A DNA stretch of 64,000 nucleotides from positions 32,001 through 96,000 of the IMG/VR virus record IMGVR_UViG_3300036770_005682; one strand, 5' to 3'. Position numbers and translations under genes: made by a program. Below are positions 29,124 to 38,402 of this stretch, piece after piece. Every line of letters starts with the position of its first letter. Positions within the stretch are counted from its first letter, which is position 1. This DNA is from a virus. Under the pieces are notes generated by a model that saw only the letters and a program-made list of their open reading frames with translations, searched no databases and was not told the DNA's origin.

Positions 29124-30461
29124 ATGTCTTACGACGAAGCAAGAGTGCGTGAGCTTCAAAGCGCACTAAGAGTAAAGATGGCCGAGAACAAGCAAATTGC
29201 TGATTCGTTCAAGGTCGAGGACGGCACCGTTGTCGTTTCCTCAGAGCAAAAGTCAGCTTTTGACAACAACATGCGTGACATCCGCGAAATTCGTAGCCTC
29301 ATCGATGGCCTCGAGCAGATGAAGGATGTCGACGGCTGGAGCCGCGAAGAGGGTTCTTCCGTTGCTGTTGAGTATGCAGCCAAGAGTGCGGAGAATGCCC
29401 TTAACGAGGCAGCCCGCGAGTTCGGCTTCAAGTCAATCGGCGAAATGTTCGTCAACTCACCAGAGTTCAAGTCACTCCAGGGTGGCCGCAATGGCGCAAA
29501 CATGGTTACCCCATGGCAAGCCGGTCTTTCACTCACCAGCTATGGTGTGAAGGACGTTTACTCGGCGCTGCCTTCAGGTACACCAGGCTCATTCGGCACC
29601 ATCCAGCGTGACCCGATTGTCACACCTCCGACCCGCACAAAGCGTGTTCGCGACCTGTTCCCAACTCGTACCACGACAGCAGCTGTCATTGAGTACTTCC
29701 GCCAGCTTGGTTTCACAAGCGCCGGCGGCGGCACCAATAACGCCGCTGCTGTTGCAGAGCGCAGTGGAAGTGCATTCGGTGCAAAGCCACAGTCGAGCAT
29801 GGTGTTCGTTGGTGAGCAAGCTCCAGTTCGCACACTCGCACACTGGGAAGCTGCACACCGCAACGTTCTAGCCGACGAGCCACAGCTCCGCAGCATCATC
29901 GACAATGAGTTGATGTACGGTCTACGTCTTCTCGAGGACGACCAAATCCTCAACGGAGACGGAACTGGTGAGAACCTCACTGGCGTTCTGCAGACAACGG
30001 GTATCCAGGAGTACGCATGGTCGGATGGTGCAACCCTTCCGGTCGCCGACACCAAGGCGGATGCAATCCGTCGTGCGGCTACTCTCTCGTTCTTGTCATA
30101 CTACGAGCCAACTGGCGTGGTTATGCACCCGAACGACTGGGAAGACATCGAACTGACCAAGGATGCCAACGGCCAATACCTCGTCGCAGTTTCAGTTGCG
30201 ATGGGTGGCGAGCCAAAAATCTGGCGTCTCCCAATCATCGACACACCAGCAATCGCAGAGGGCACAGCTCTCGTCGGAGCTTTCGGCACCGGCGCACAGC
30301 TGTACGACCGCGAGCAGGCAAGTATCAGAATCTCTGAGCAGCACGCAGACTTCTTCGTGCGCAACGCGATTGTGGTACTCGCTGAGCAGCGTCTCGCCCT
30401 CGCGGTTAAGCGTCCAGAGGCCTTCGTAAAGGTGACATTCGACGGCGCACCAACCGTTTAG
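29124..30461 (+). CDS. Major capsid protein, HK97 fold, with N-terminal coiled-coil delta domain
   Basis: AAGGAG RBS before ATG 29124; KSIGEMFVNSPEFK; EDDQILNGDGTGENLTGVL; VVMHPNDW; FVRNAIVVLAEQRLALAVKRPEAFVKV. Confidence 0.95.
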   Translation: MSYDEARVRELQSALRVKMAENKQIADSFKVEDGTVVVSSEQKSAFDNNMRDIREIRSLIDGLEQMKDVDGWSREEGSSVAVEYAAKSAENALNEAAREFGFKSIGEMFVNSPEFKSLQGGRNGANMVTPWQAGLSLTSYGVKDVYSALPSGTPGSFGTIQRDPIVTPPTRTKRVRDLFPTRTTTAAVIEYFRQLGFTSAGGGTNNAAAVAERSGSAFGAKPQSSMVFVGEQAPVRTLAHWEAAHRNVLADEPQLRSIIDNELMYGLRLLEDDQILNGDGTGENLTGVLQTTGIQEYAWSDGATLPVADTKADAIRRAATLSFLSYYEPTGVVMHPNDWEDIELTKDANGQYLVAVSVAMGGEPKIWRLPIIDTPAIAEGTALVGAFGTGAQLYDREQASIRISEQHADFFVRNAIVVLAEQRLALAVKRPEAFVKVTFDGAPTV

Positions 30462-30484
30462 TAAATAGCCGCTACTAAGGACCG

Positions 30485-30514
30485 AGCCCCTGGGTGTAAA
30501 AACCCGGGGGCTTT
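30485..30514 (+). terminator. Intrinsic terminator after the capsid gene
   Basis: AGCCCCTGGGT/ACCCGGGGGCT stem followed by a short T run. Confidence 0.75.
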
Positions 30515-30536
30515 GTCTATGTGGGATAATGTTTAT

Positions 30537-30935
30537 ATGAGCCAGCGTTTTTGGTACGGAGCAACAGTTTTGAATGTCGTTGATGGTGACACAATCGACC
30601 TAATGATTGACCTTGGGTTTAATATTCACCATAAAATTAGAGTACGCCTTTATGGTGTTAATACACCAGAATCCAGGACATCAAACAAGGAAGAAAAGGC
30701 TCTTGGCCTTAAAGCAAAAGGTTTCACTAAGGACTGGCTGGATTCACATAAGTGGGTTTATGTAAATACCATTCCAGACAAAAACGACAAGTACGGTCGT
30801 ATCCTTGCAAAAATATATAGCTCTGAGAACATCAACGATACCGCTACGGCATGTCTAAACAATGACATTATTGAGTCAGGATTGGCACGTGAGTACTATG
30901 GTGTCGGAGACAAAACATGGGTGGAATTTAAATGA
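30537..30935 (+). CDS. Thermonuclease (SNase-like) family nuclease
   Basis: VVDGDTID...RVRLYGVNTPE...DKYGRILA motifs. Confidence 0.9.
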   Translation: MSQRFWYGATVLNVVDGDTIDLMIDLGFNIHHKIRVRLYGVNTPESRTSNKEEKALGLKAKGFTKDWLDSHKWVYVNTIPDKNDKYGRILAKIYSSENINDTATACLNNDIIESGLAREYYGVGDKTWVEFK

Positions 30936-31288
30936 ACGAGAATAACTCATTAATGAACATAATCTCGGCGCTTGTTGGGGGCGGCGGCATCAGGATTGTA
31001 AAAATACAGCAAGAGAAGCCAACGCTCCAGCCGGAAGAAAGAGAACTAGCAGACGCCTTAGTTTCAATATCCAAGAAATACGGGAAATTTAACGAAGATG
31101 GCAAGGGGATATGGGCTGGATATAAATCTGCAGCAGAAAATCAGAAAGCTTCGATAGGGGTTAAGTGCTCTAATTGCGTTCTATACCAGGGCGGTTCATC
31201 TTGCAAAATACTTGCAATACCAGTAGAGTCTGATGGCAAATGCAGATTTGCAGTGATACCAGACGGCGTAGTTAAAGGGTACAAGTGA
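30932..31288 (+). CDS. Small protein with HiPIP-like four-Cys motif
   Basis: Y...KCSNCVLY...C.......DGKCRF spacing. Confidence 0.5.
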   Translation: MNENNSLMNIISALVGGGGIRIVKIQQEKPTLQPEERELADALVSISKKYGKFNEDGKGIWAGYKSAAENQKASIGVKCSNCVLYQGGSSCKILAIPVESDGKCRFAVIPDGVVKGYK

Positions 31289-31554
31289 AGAAGAAGTTCA
31301 GCGACGACGTAGAAAGCCTAAAAGGCGAGATAGACGCCCTTGAGCGTGAGGTTGCATTTCTGAAGAAAGAAATTGAATCAATCTACAAGACCATGCAATT
31401 CTATGTAGAGAGACTCAAGCAAGTTGAATCACAAAAACAGAAGGCCTATACGCGCGGAATACAGCTCACAAATACGGCCGAAGACACACTGGGTGGTTTG
31501 CTGCAGAATATTGGTCAAACATATGGCCAAATAGGCGACATCACCCACAAATAG
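31285..31554 (+). CDS. Coiled-coil hypothetical protein
   Basis: Heptad pattern LKGEIDALEREVAFLKKEIE; GTGA overlap with the upstream gene. Confidence 0.55.
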   Translation: MKKKFSDDVESLKGEIDALEREVAFLKKEIESIYKTMQFYVERLKQVESQKQKAYTRGIQLTNTAEDTLGGLLQNIGQTYGQIGDITHK

Positions 31555-31851
31555 CTATCTGTAGTGGTTTCTCCACTGTGAAGGTGAGTGCGATTCCTCT
31601 ATAGCCTGACGATGTTCGTCATCCTCATACAAACGCACAATATGCACGCATGGGTCATGCTCTTCGAACTCTTCATCTTCTGCTGGCGAAGTCGGCAACC
31701 CGTCATGGGTGTAGCAGACAGGTGGCCCGCACCAACCCATTTTTATGCCATAGGACATCCATTCATTAAATGACATACCCTGGGCTTTGTAGTAATCATG
31801 GTCCATATTTGGTGCGTCTTGACCAACCACTATTTGCTCCTTCTTATGCAT
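31555..31851 (-). CDS. Hypothetical protein (Cys/His-containing)
   Basis: GWCGPPVCYTHDGLP...DPCVHIVRL; true start may be later. Confidence 0.6.
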   Translation of the reverse strand: MHKKEQIVVGQDAPNMDHDYYKAQGMSFNEWMSYGIKMGWCGPPVCYTHDGLPTSPAEDEEFEEHDPCVHIVRLYEDDEHRQAIEESHSPSQWRNHYR

Positions 31852-32027
31852 GACTCACAGGTCACTATATTGCGGTCGTTTGATATCTGTTCTGATGGCG
31901 GGTTTATCCAGCCACATACAGTTACGTCAACGACGGAAATATTATCTTTGTCAATTCGCTCCCCGTACCAGAGGTGAATTGGTTTTATTTCTGGCTTTTC
32001 TTCCCTGCGGCGAATCATGGACATATT

Positions 32028-33224
32028 TTATCCCGGGTATCTGCCGGATGTTGCTTTCCAGTGATGCATTCCGCCATTATCGTAAAGATAACGAGCTACA
32101 GCCAGATTGCAGCTGGGCCGTAACAAGACGGTCATATCCCCCCACTTTGACTTGCAGACCCGGGATGTAACGGTAACCCACGAGCTATTAATCTGCAAGA
32201 GGCCACTGTCATACGACTTGACTGCATCGCACTTTTTGTACACCTGAGCTGGTGCCAACTTGCAGCTCCAGTGCCCCATGCCGCTCTTGTAATTCCAGCC
32301 GATTGCCTTTGGTTGGCAACGACTCTCCCTCCACATAATGTACGAAAAGTCCTTTACTGGGAGCTTGTATTTTTTGATTAACTTTTCCCATTTTGGGCAT
32401 CGCTTCACGGTCTCTTTTGTGCTTTCGGTATTGGCGCTCTGTGCGGACACCGTGCCGCCACCAACCTCCGCCGTGCGTACAGCATGCTTCTTGAGGTATG
32501 CCTTGTGTGCTGCTCTGGTTTTGGGGCCGTACCAACCGTCTACTTTGACGCCAAGAAATACCTGCAGGTCGTGGGCGGCTTTGCTTTTTTCATTTCGCGT
32601 AAACGTGAAATGAACGACGTCCTGGTAGTTCTCGTAGTAATACATCTGTGGTTTTTGCATGCGGTACTTTCCAGTCGATTTTGACTTGTAGCAGCCCCAC
32701 CCATTTAGCCCAACGGGCTTTTGGTTCCATACGTACTGCACTGGAACACCGTTGCGTCGTGCCCAATCGGGGTCCCTGTAAACAATCTGAGAATATCCCT
32801 CAACGGCAATGCGATTAGCGACAATGATTTGCTCATCCTTTGTTGCGCGGTCTGGCGATGGGGCAAACTGCTCTCCTCCATACCTTTCCCATGTTCCCAT
32901 GGACGGCTTGGGGAAGGAACTATTCGTCATTATTCCTAGGCCGCCTGCAAAACGGCCTCCATCTTTCCAGTTCTGCGCTGTTTCACACTGAGCTAATTGC
33001 TCCCAGAATTGGATGGTGGGGTATGCGTGGTTCCGTGGTGTTGACGATTTTCGAAGGTCATAATTTGAGACCTGTGTGGGATGTATCCCCCTGCGTGAAT
33101 CAATATTTGACCGGCTAACCACCCCCTCTACTGAAGAAGGGCTGGCGGACAGCTTTGCCGGTGCTGCCCCAATAACAACAATACTTAACATGAGAAATGC
33201 GAATAACCGCTTTGCTTTTTCCAA
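32028..33224 (-). CDS. Secreted muralytic enzyme: Rpf-like transglycosylase + peptidoglycan-binding segment + second lytic transglycosylase domain
   Basis: N-terminal hydrophobic signal; WEQLAQCE...GGLGI...TWERYGG...ATKDEQIIVA (Rpf); LQVFLGVKVDGWYGPKT (PG-binding); IMWRESRC...DSGLLQIN...NLAVARYLY (SLT-like). Confidence 0.85.
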   Translation of the reverse strand: MEKAKRLFAFLMLSIVVIGAAPAKLSASPSSVEGVVSRSNIDSRRGIHPTQVSNYDLRKSSTPRNHAYPTIQFWEQLAQCETAQNWKDGGRFAGGLGIMTNSSFPKPSMGTWERYGGEQFAPSPDRATKDEQIIVANRIAVEGYSQIVYRDPDWARRNGVPVQYVWNQKPVGLNGWGCYKSKSTGKYRMQKPQMYYYENYQDVVHFTFTRNEKSKAAHDLQVFLGVKVDGWYGPKTRAAHKAYLKKHAVRTAEVGGGTVSAQSANTESTKETVKRCPKWEKLIKKYKLPVKDFSYIMWRESRCQPKAIGWNYKSGMGHWSCKLAPAQVYKKCDAVKSYDSGLLQINSSWVTVTSRVCKSKWGDMTVLLRPSCNLAVARYLYDNGGMHHWKATSGRYPG

Positions 33225-33372
33225 TGTTCGTTCCTTTGTTCGGCCAATATTTCTCCGGCTGTGCCGGGCTACTTAATATGTATCTATCTATTATACCCCA
33301 GGGGCAGAATTTGAAACCCCAAATTTGTGCCAATACTTAACAAGAGCGGCATAAAACCCTTGCCGTATATGG

Positions 33373-33406
33373 AAAAACCGGCTGTGACCAAAGTCACAGC
33401 CGGTTT
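33373..33406 (-). terminator. Terminator after ssb
   Basis: Perfect stem AAACCGGCTGTGAC/GTCACAGCCGGTTT. Confidence 0.8.
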
Positions 33407-33413
33407 CCTAGGC

Positions 33414-33893
33414 TCAGAACGGCTCTTCGTCGCTCAAATCTTCGCGGCTGACCGCTGGGCGGGAAGCCTTCTTGGCTGGCTGTGTGGACTTACGAGAAGC
33501 AGTAGCTACGTTCTCATCAGCAATCCCTGCAGAGCCGCCGCCGCGACGACGCTCTACGGACTCGATTGCCATGGAGTGGATTGCGATGTTGTCGGCGATG
33601 ACGACAATCTTGGAGCGCTTCTCTCCGCTCTCCTTGTCATCCCATGTCTGCTGCTCCAGCTTGCCCATGACAACAACGCGGATTCCCTTCTCGACTACGC
33701 GAGCAATGTCTTCAGCGGTATAACGCCATCCTTCGACATTGAAGTAGGACACCTGCTCCTTCTTCTCGCCGCTCTCATCATTCCAGTAACGGTTGACAGC
33801 GAGACCGAATGTTGCCTTGGCTGTTCCGTTTTGGAAGTACTTCAATTCTGGGTCGCCAGTCGCGTTCCCAATCAGGGTGACATATGTAGTCAT
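33414..33893 (-). CDS. ssb: Single-stranded DNA-binding protein
   Basis: VTLIGNATGDPELKY...KGIRVVVMGKLEQ; acidic tail ending DEEPF. Confidence 0.95.
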   Translation of the reverse strand: MTTYVTLIGNATGDPELKYFQNGTAKATFGLAVNRYWNDESGEKKEQVSYFNVEGWRYTAEDIARVVEKGIRVVVMGKLEQQTWDDKESGEKRSKIVVIADNIAIHSMAIESVERRRGGGSAGIADENVATASRKSTQPAKKASRPAVSREDLSDEEPF

Positions 33894-33962
33894 CTTATTC
33901 TCCTTGTTTAGTGGCCGTAGCCTGTGTGAGGACCACTCTACACCCAGTGATAGAGTGTTGCA

Positions 33963-34208
33963 ATGGCAAACGACAAAAAGTTTTCAGAGGCGCTTACCAG
34001 CATTCAAAACTACATAAAAGAAGAATTTCTTGACATGACTGACCCCGGCGACCTGTCAGACAAAGAATTGATAGAGCTTGACAATTCCATGGGGGAGCTG
34101 AGCCGCGCAGTGATGCATATATTGGGTCTCGAGATAACAGAAGTGAAATCCGATACGGAGTTTGTCGCATCTATATCGCTGCAAAGCACGGAGACATTGG
34201 ACATATGA
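33963..34208 (+). CDS. Hypothetical protein, probably leaderless
   Basis: TGnTAGAGT -10 box 6 nt before the ATG. Confidence 0.6.
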   Translation: MANDKKFSEALTSIQNYIKEEFLDMTDPGDLSDKELIELDNSMGELSRAVMHILGLEITEVKSDTEFVASISLQSTETLDI

Positions 34209-34957
34209 TTCATGAAAATCTTTCGGGCCTTCTGCTCCCGATAGACGCACTGCATCCACTCGAGGGCAACCCGCGTCGTGGCAACGTCGATGCGATTGCC
34301 GCTTCTTATAGGGAGTTTGGTCAGGTCAAGCCCATAGTTGTGAAACCTAACGGTGATGGCTCCTACACTGTAATAGCCGGGAACCACCAGCTTGAGGCAG
34401 CAAAATCGCTCGGCTGGGAAAGTATTGCAGCAGTTGTTCTAGATGTTGATGACAAAGCAGCAATTGCTTTTGCCATAGCCGACAATCGCACAGTAGAGCT
34501 TGGATATACAGACGACTCGGCGCTCTTTGAAATGCTCAACGACGTATCAGATGACTACTCCTACCTTCTGGAGCAGCTGCAGTGGGACGACTTTGAGATG
34601 GCCGCCCTGTCAGAGCATGCCGAGAAATATGACGAAGACTACGTTCAGGGGTATGTCCCACCAGAGATAGTCAAACCAATAGAAGCAATATCGACAATGG
34701 ACCCGACAACCGGAGAAAAACGGCTGGAGGCAAAACCTGACGCAGATAAAACTGTGGCGGCATCACTGGGTAGCACAGCAATCAGTGCAAGCGGCAGTGA
34801 AAAAGCAATTGTCCAGTACACCTTGGTATTTGACTCCGCAGACCAGCAGCGCAGGTGGTACGACTTTATTCGTTACCTCAAGTCTTCAGCTGTATATGGC
34901 GGGAACACAACAGCAGAGCGTCTTTTCGAATTTATCGACGCCCACGCAGACTTTTAA
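34205..34957 (+). CDS. ParB/Srx N-terminal domain protein
   Basis: NPRRGNVDAIAASYREFGQVKPIVV...IAGNHQLEAAKSLGW...IADNRT. Confidence 0.85.
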   Translation: MIHENLSGLLLPIDALHPLEGNPRRGNVDAIAASYREFGQVKPIVVKPNGDGSYTVIAGNHQLEAAKSLGWESIAAVVLDVDDKAAIAFAIADNRTVELGYTDDSALFEMLNDVSDDYSYLLEQLQWDDFEMAALSEHAEKYDEDYVQGYVPPEIVKPIEAISTMDPTTGEKRLEAKPDADKTVAASLGSTAISASGSEKAIVQYTLVFDSADQQRRWYDFIRYLKSSAVYGGNTTAERLFEFIDAHADF

Positions 34958-35066
34958 CTATTCCCACATTTCGTGGTGGTTGCGTTCAATTCTATTTAGC
35001 CATGAACGCAGAGCAAGAACCCCTGCCGTAGCAATTGATATGGAGGCAATAAATACTGCCGTTACC

Positions 35067-35282
35067 TTATTCTTCGCCATCAGAGCCTGCCTTACAATCG
35101 ATTTCTTTTAATTTATCGCGCATTGCTCTTACTAGGTACTTTTCGCGCCAGCGGTCGCGTGACTCTGTCATTACTCGCAATTCATTGGAAAGCGCATTGT
35201 TTTTGGTGTCTTTTTTAAAACACGTCAATCGTCCCAAAATGAAAGAGCACACAATAGATACAGAGAAGATTACGAATTCCAT
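35067..35282 (-). CDS. Small membrane-anchored hypothetical protein
   Basis: N-terminal hydrophobic helix followed by a coiled segment. Confidence 0.5.
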   Translation of the reverse strand: MEFVIFSVSIVCSFILGRLTCFKKDTKNNALSNELRVMTESRDRWREKYLVRAMRDKLKEIDCKAGSDGEE

Positions 35283-35503
35283 ATAGCCCCCGTAAAGATT
35301 TATTTGTCGTTGCGATTTTTCTTTTGCCGCGAGCCGAGAGTAAATCCAACCATCAACCCAACGGTACTACCAACCGTCAAGCCACTGAAATACATGAAGT
35401 ACATATGAAATTCCACCTCACCACCCCAGTAACAGCACAGCTATACCAAGGATAATCGCTCCAATAGCTACGCAGGCAGCAGCTTTTTGTTCATTTTCCA
35501 TAG

Positions 35504-35576
<73 letters not shown>

Positions 35577-35582
35577 GAGATG

Positions 35583-35882
35583 TCAGTCTGCGACTGATTC
35601 CTTCTCCTGCTGCCGCTTTACACGGCGCAGAACATCGACAGTCACAGGAAGGCCACGCGCAGCACGCTGCTCATCTGTCTCTCCTCCCCATATCCCGGAT
35701 GACTGCGTTGCCACCCCATACTCACGGCAAGGGTCGGACACTGGGCACTGCCCACAAATTTCCAACGCCTGCTGAGTGAGCTTGGCACGCTTGCGGCCAG
35801 TCACGTTGCTCGGCGGGAAGAATAGGTGCCCCTTGCCGCGACACAGAGAAAAGTCCATCCAGTTAATATTTATGTAGGTCAT
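35583..35882 (-). CDS. whiB: WhiB-family Fe-S transcription factor
   Basis: C...FFP...ICGQCPVSDPC...GIWGG. Confidence 0.92.
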   Translation of the reverse strand: MTYININWMDFSLCRGKGHLFFPPSNVTGRKRAKLTQQALEICGQCPVSDPCREYGVATQSSGIWGGETDEQRAARGLPVTVDVLRRVKRQQEKESVAD

Positions 35883-35924
35883 GGTTGCAGTGTAGCCCTC
35901 CTGTTTTAATTTGTCAACTATTTT

Positions 35925-35999
35925 TGGAGCCCCCGGTCGGGATTGAACCGACGACCGCTCGCTTACAAGGCGAGTGCTCTACCACTGAGCTACAGGGGC
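35925..35999 (-). tRNA. tRNA-Thr(TGT)
   Basis: CTCGC-CTTGTAA-GCGAG anticodon arm; encoded CCA. Confidence 0.93.
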
Positions 36000-36003
36000 G
36001 GGA

Positions 36004-36291
36004 TTATGAGAAATGTTTAATTATCGCTGTCGTCGCCAGAATTACCCACAGGACATTGAACAAAATTATTGTTGGAAGAGTTTTGACAGTAGAGGACCAT
36101 ATCAGGGCAATGCTGGATGCGATGGCAAAAATATACAGCCACCAGAACTGTCTTCCAAACAGCAGGCCAGGGAAAATTATTGCAATTTTTGTCGCGAAAC
36201 CCCAAGCTTCAACAGTATTGGCTTTATTCCAATACCCAGCCGAGCTCATGGTTTTAACCGCGTTCATTATGTTCGTGAAAAATTTTTTCAT
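36004..36291 (-). CDS. Small multi-pass membrane protein
   Basis: Three hydrophobic segments; start set just downstream of tRNA-Pro. Confidence 0.65.
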   Translation of the reverse strand: MKKFFTNIMNAVKTMSSAGYWNKANTVEAWGFATKIAIIFPGLLFGRQFWWLYIFAIASSIALIWSSTVKTLPTIILFNVLWVILATTAIIKHFS

Positions 36292-36295
36292 CTTG

Positions 36296-36369
36296 TCCGG
36301 ACAGCAGGATTTGAACCTGCGACCCCCTGCTCCCAAAGCAGGTGCGCTACCAAACTGCGCTATGTCCGG
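36296..36369 (-). tRNA. tRNA-Pro(TGG)
   Basis: CCTGC-TTTGGGA-GCAGG anticodon arm; GGTTCAAATCC T-arm. Confidence 0.92.
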
Positions 36370-36384
36370 GTAACACGAGAATAT

Positions 36385-37011
36385 CTATTCTATGTCATAA
36401 AAATACCTGTCATCATCTGACGTGCGCCATTTTGCTGCATCTTCGACATCCCATTTGCGAGTGTTTATCAACCTCTCTATCAACGTTCCCGACTTTGTCG
36501 TAAAAGAAGGGTCAAATAAACGCACCCTATTATTTGGCTGAATAGCGAAATTTCCATCATCTCGCAATATCACATGTCCGCACTTGTGTTGCCCAGGGTT
36601 CAGACTAAAACCAGCATTGATGACGTTGTCGTCTGGTGCGTGCCAGTCAAGTGTGAATAAATACTTGCCATTGACGAACTCTCCAGACCTAGCAACATAT
36701 GTCATACGCATGTTGCGCATTGCTTGAAATTCTGTGACTGTCACGTGTGAACTGAACGAGTTCCACAGCACAAGCTCATGAATATCTACTTCTTTAATAC
36801 CGGGCTCTGCGCAGAAAGCAGATATTGGCATTCTCCACCAAACTCCACCATCTTCCATAAGAAAATGAAACAATGGGGACCTACCTTGTATTGACGCAAT
36901 ACCAAAAATCATGCATGGGAAGTATTGGTCATGAGAATCAACTTGATTGCGTAGATAATTCCCACGAACATAGCATTCAATAGCTGGAATATTTGCATTT
37001 AGTTCTGGCAT
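36385..37011 (-). CDS. Conserved-looking phage hypothetical protein
   Basis: MPELNANIP...HKCGHVI...GNFAIQPNNR; TAATGT 7 nt upstream of the ATG. Confidence 0.7.
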   Translation of the reverse strand: MPELNANIPAIECYVRGNYLRNQVDSHDQYFPCMIFGIASIQGRSPLFHFLMEDGGVWWRMPISAFCAEPGIKEVDIHELVLWNSFSSHVTVTEFQAMRNMRMTYVARSGEFVNGKYLFTLDWHAPDDNVINAGFSLNPGQHKCGHVILRDDGNFAIQPNNRVRLFDPSFTTKSGTLIERLINTRKWDVEDAAKWRTSDDDRYFYDIE

Positions 37012-37035
37012 ATCTGCTACATTACATTCGTTTTG

Positions 37036-37107
37036 CTGGGGAGCGAGGACTCGAACCCCGAACTTCAGGACCAAAACCTGACGTGTTGCCAATTACACCA
37101 TTCCCCA
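37036..37107 (-). tRNA. tRNA-Gln(TTG)
   Basis: TCAGG-TTTTGGT-CCTGA anticodon arm. Confidence 0.92.
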
Positions 37108-37112
37108 TGGAG

Positions 37113-37185
37113 CGCCCTCGGCAGGACTCGAACCTGCGGCCAACGGTTTAGGAAACCGGTGCTCTATCCGCTGAGCTACGAAGGC
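37113..37185 (-). tRNA. tRNA-Arg(CCT)
   Basis: CGGT-TTCCTAA-ACCG anticodon arm; GGATAGAGC D-arm. Confidence 0.9.
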
Positions 37186-37189
37186 AAAG

Positions 37190-37262
37190 TGGGCGTAGTG
37201 GGATTCGAACCCACGCTGAAGGGATTTTAAGTCCCCTGCCTCTGCCGCTGGGCTACACGCCC
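37190..37262 (-). tRNA. tRNA-Leu(TAA), short variable arm
   Basis: GGGGA-CTTAAAA-TCCCT anticodon arm. Confidence 0.88.
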
Positions 37263-37372
37263 TTCGGTTTATTTCAGTGAACGACCCATAAAAATGCCAC
37301 AACATAAGACGGCGACATAGCCGATAATCATGGAAATAAATTCTGACATATTTCTCCTTTTTCGTAGGCGCT

Positions 37373-37624
37373 TCAGATTACTTTGCCACAGCATCCATCG
37401 CAACCGTGCACCGTTTCTACTTCAGGGAGTTCGTCTGGGTCCGGATGCCCAACTCCATGTTGACAAATACGTTCCATTATTCCCCTGTCGAAACGGTAAT
37501 TCTGTGGCCAAGAGCGCATGTGGTGATTGCTTCGATTATGTACTGTGCAAAACTCTCCGAGGCACTTCGCTAAGTCATGAACGCTTATCTCAACGTCAGA
37601 GTTTTCCAACTTTACTTTTTCCAT
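37373..37624 (-). CDS. Cys/His-rich small hypothetical protein
   Basis: CTVH...ERICQHGVGHPDPD...HGCDGCC. Confidence 0.65.
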   Translation of the reverse strand: MEKVKLENSDVEISVHDLAKCLGEFCTVHNRSNHHMRSWPQNYRFDRGIMERICQHGVGHPDPDELPEVETVHGCDGCCGKVI

Positions 37625-37626
37625 TG

Positions 37627-37698
37627 TGGGCGCTGAGGGTCTCGAACCCCCGACCTACTCGGTGTAAACGAGTTGCTCTACCGCTGAGCTAAGCGCCC
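37627..37698 (-). tRNA. tRNA-Val(TAC)
   Basis: ACTCG-TTTACAC-CGAGT anticodon arm. Confidence 0.92.
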
Positions 37699-37704
37699 GC
37701 TCTA

Positions 37705-37887
37705 CTAGTTGTGTTTCACGTAGTAGTTGATGCACTCAATGATGAACATTGCTTTATCTTTTTCCACTCCACGGACAAAGATTTCACCAGTAGCATCTTC
37801 CGTGTCTACTTCGATTATGTCGCCCATATCTGCAGACTCATCTTGAAATGGGCCTGCCGGGTACTGAACGAAAATCATTTTGTTCAT
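37705..37887 (-). CDS. Small hypothetical protein
   Basis: AAGGAGAG RBS upstream. Confidence 0.55.
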   Translation of the reverse strand: MNKMIFVQYPAGPFQDESADMGDIIEVDTEDATGEIFVRGVEKDKAMFIIECINYYVKHN

Positions 37888-37923
37888 TTTCTCTCCTTGT
37901 TTTGTTTTGTTAATTCGAGCCGG

Positions 37924-37996
37924 TGCCCCCGGCGAGAATTGAACTCGCGGCCAACACTTTATAAGAGTGCTGCTCTAACCACTGAGCTACGAGGGC
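37924..37996 (-). tRNA. tRNA-Ile(TAT)
   Basis: GCACT-CTTATAA-AGTGT anticodon arm; full cloverleaf. Confidence 0.88.
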
Positions 37997-38044
37997 GTGT
38001 TGTCACGGCCGTATTCGTAGAGCAGTTAGAGACAGCATCTCTAA

Positions 38045-38290
38045 TCAGTCTTCGTTTGCTTGGATGTTTGCGAGTTCGCGCTGGTACAGCTCGGAGAACT
38101 CGTCGCGGTAGTTGTGCTGCAGAACCATCGCTGCACGACGACGGGCTTCTTGGCGCTGGCGATTTGCGAGATTCTCGCGCTCCTTGCGCTCAGCAATTTC
38201 CTTTGCGGTGAGCTTTGTCTTCTTGCGGCCGCGCTTTACTTCGCCAGCCTGCTTCAGCTCTGAATATGAACGTGGTTTCTTTGTTGCCAT
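38045..38290 (-). CDS. Basic hypothetical protein, possibly DNA-binding
   Basis: AAGGAGGAG RBS; KRGRKK stretch. Confidence 0.65.
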   Translation of the reverse strand: MATKKPRSYSELKQAGEVKRGRKKTKLTAKEIAERKERENLANRQRQEARRRAAMVLQHNYRDEFSELYQRELANIQANED

Positions 38291-38402
38291 ATCTCCTCCT
38301 TCGAGATGTTCTTGATATTAGCCTCGTCGCTAACGCCTTGCAACCTATCCGGCAATTTTTTTATTAGTTGATTTTTTCGCTGCTGCATGATAGACAATAG
38401 TC

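Noticed and set aside
33327-33911. 194-aa plus-strand ORF
   Set aside because: Antisense to a clear ssb gene and crosses its terminator.
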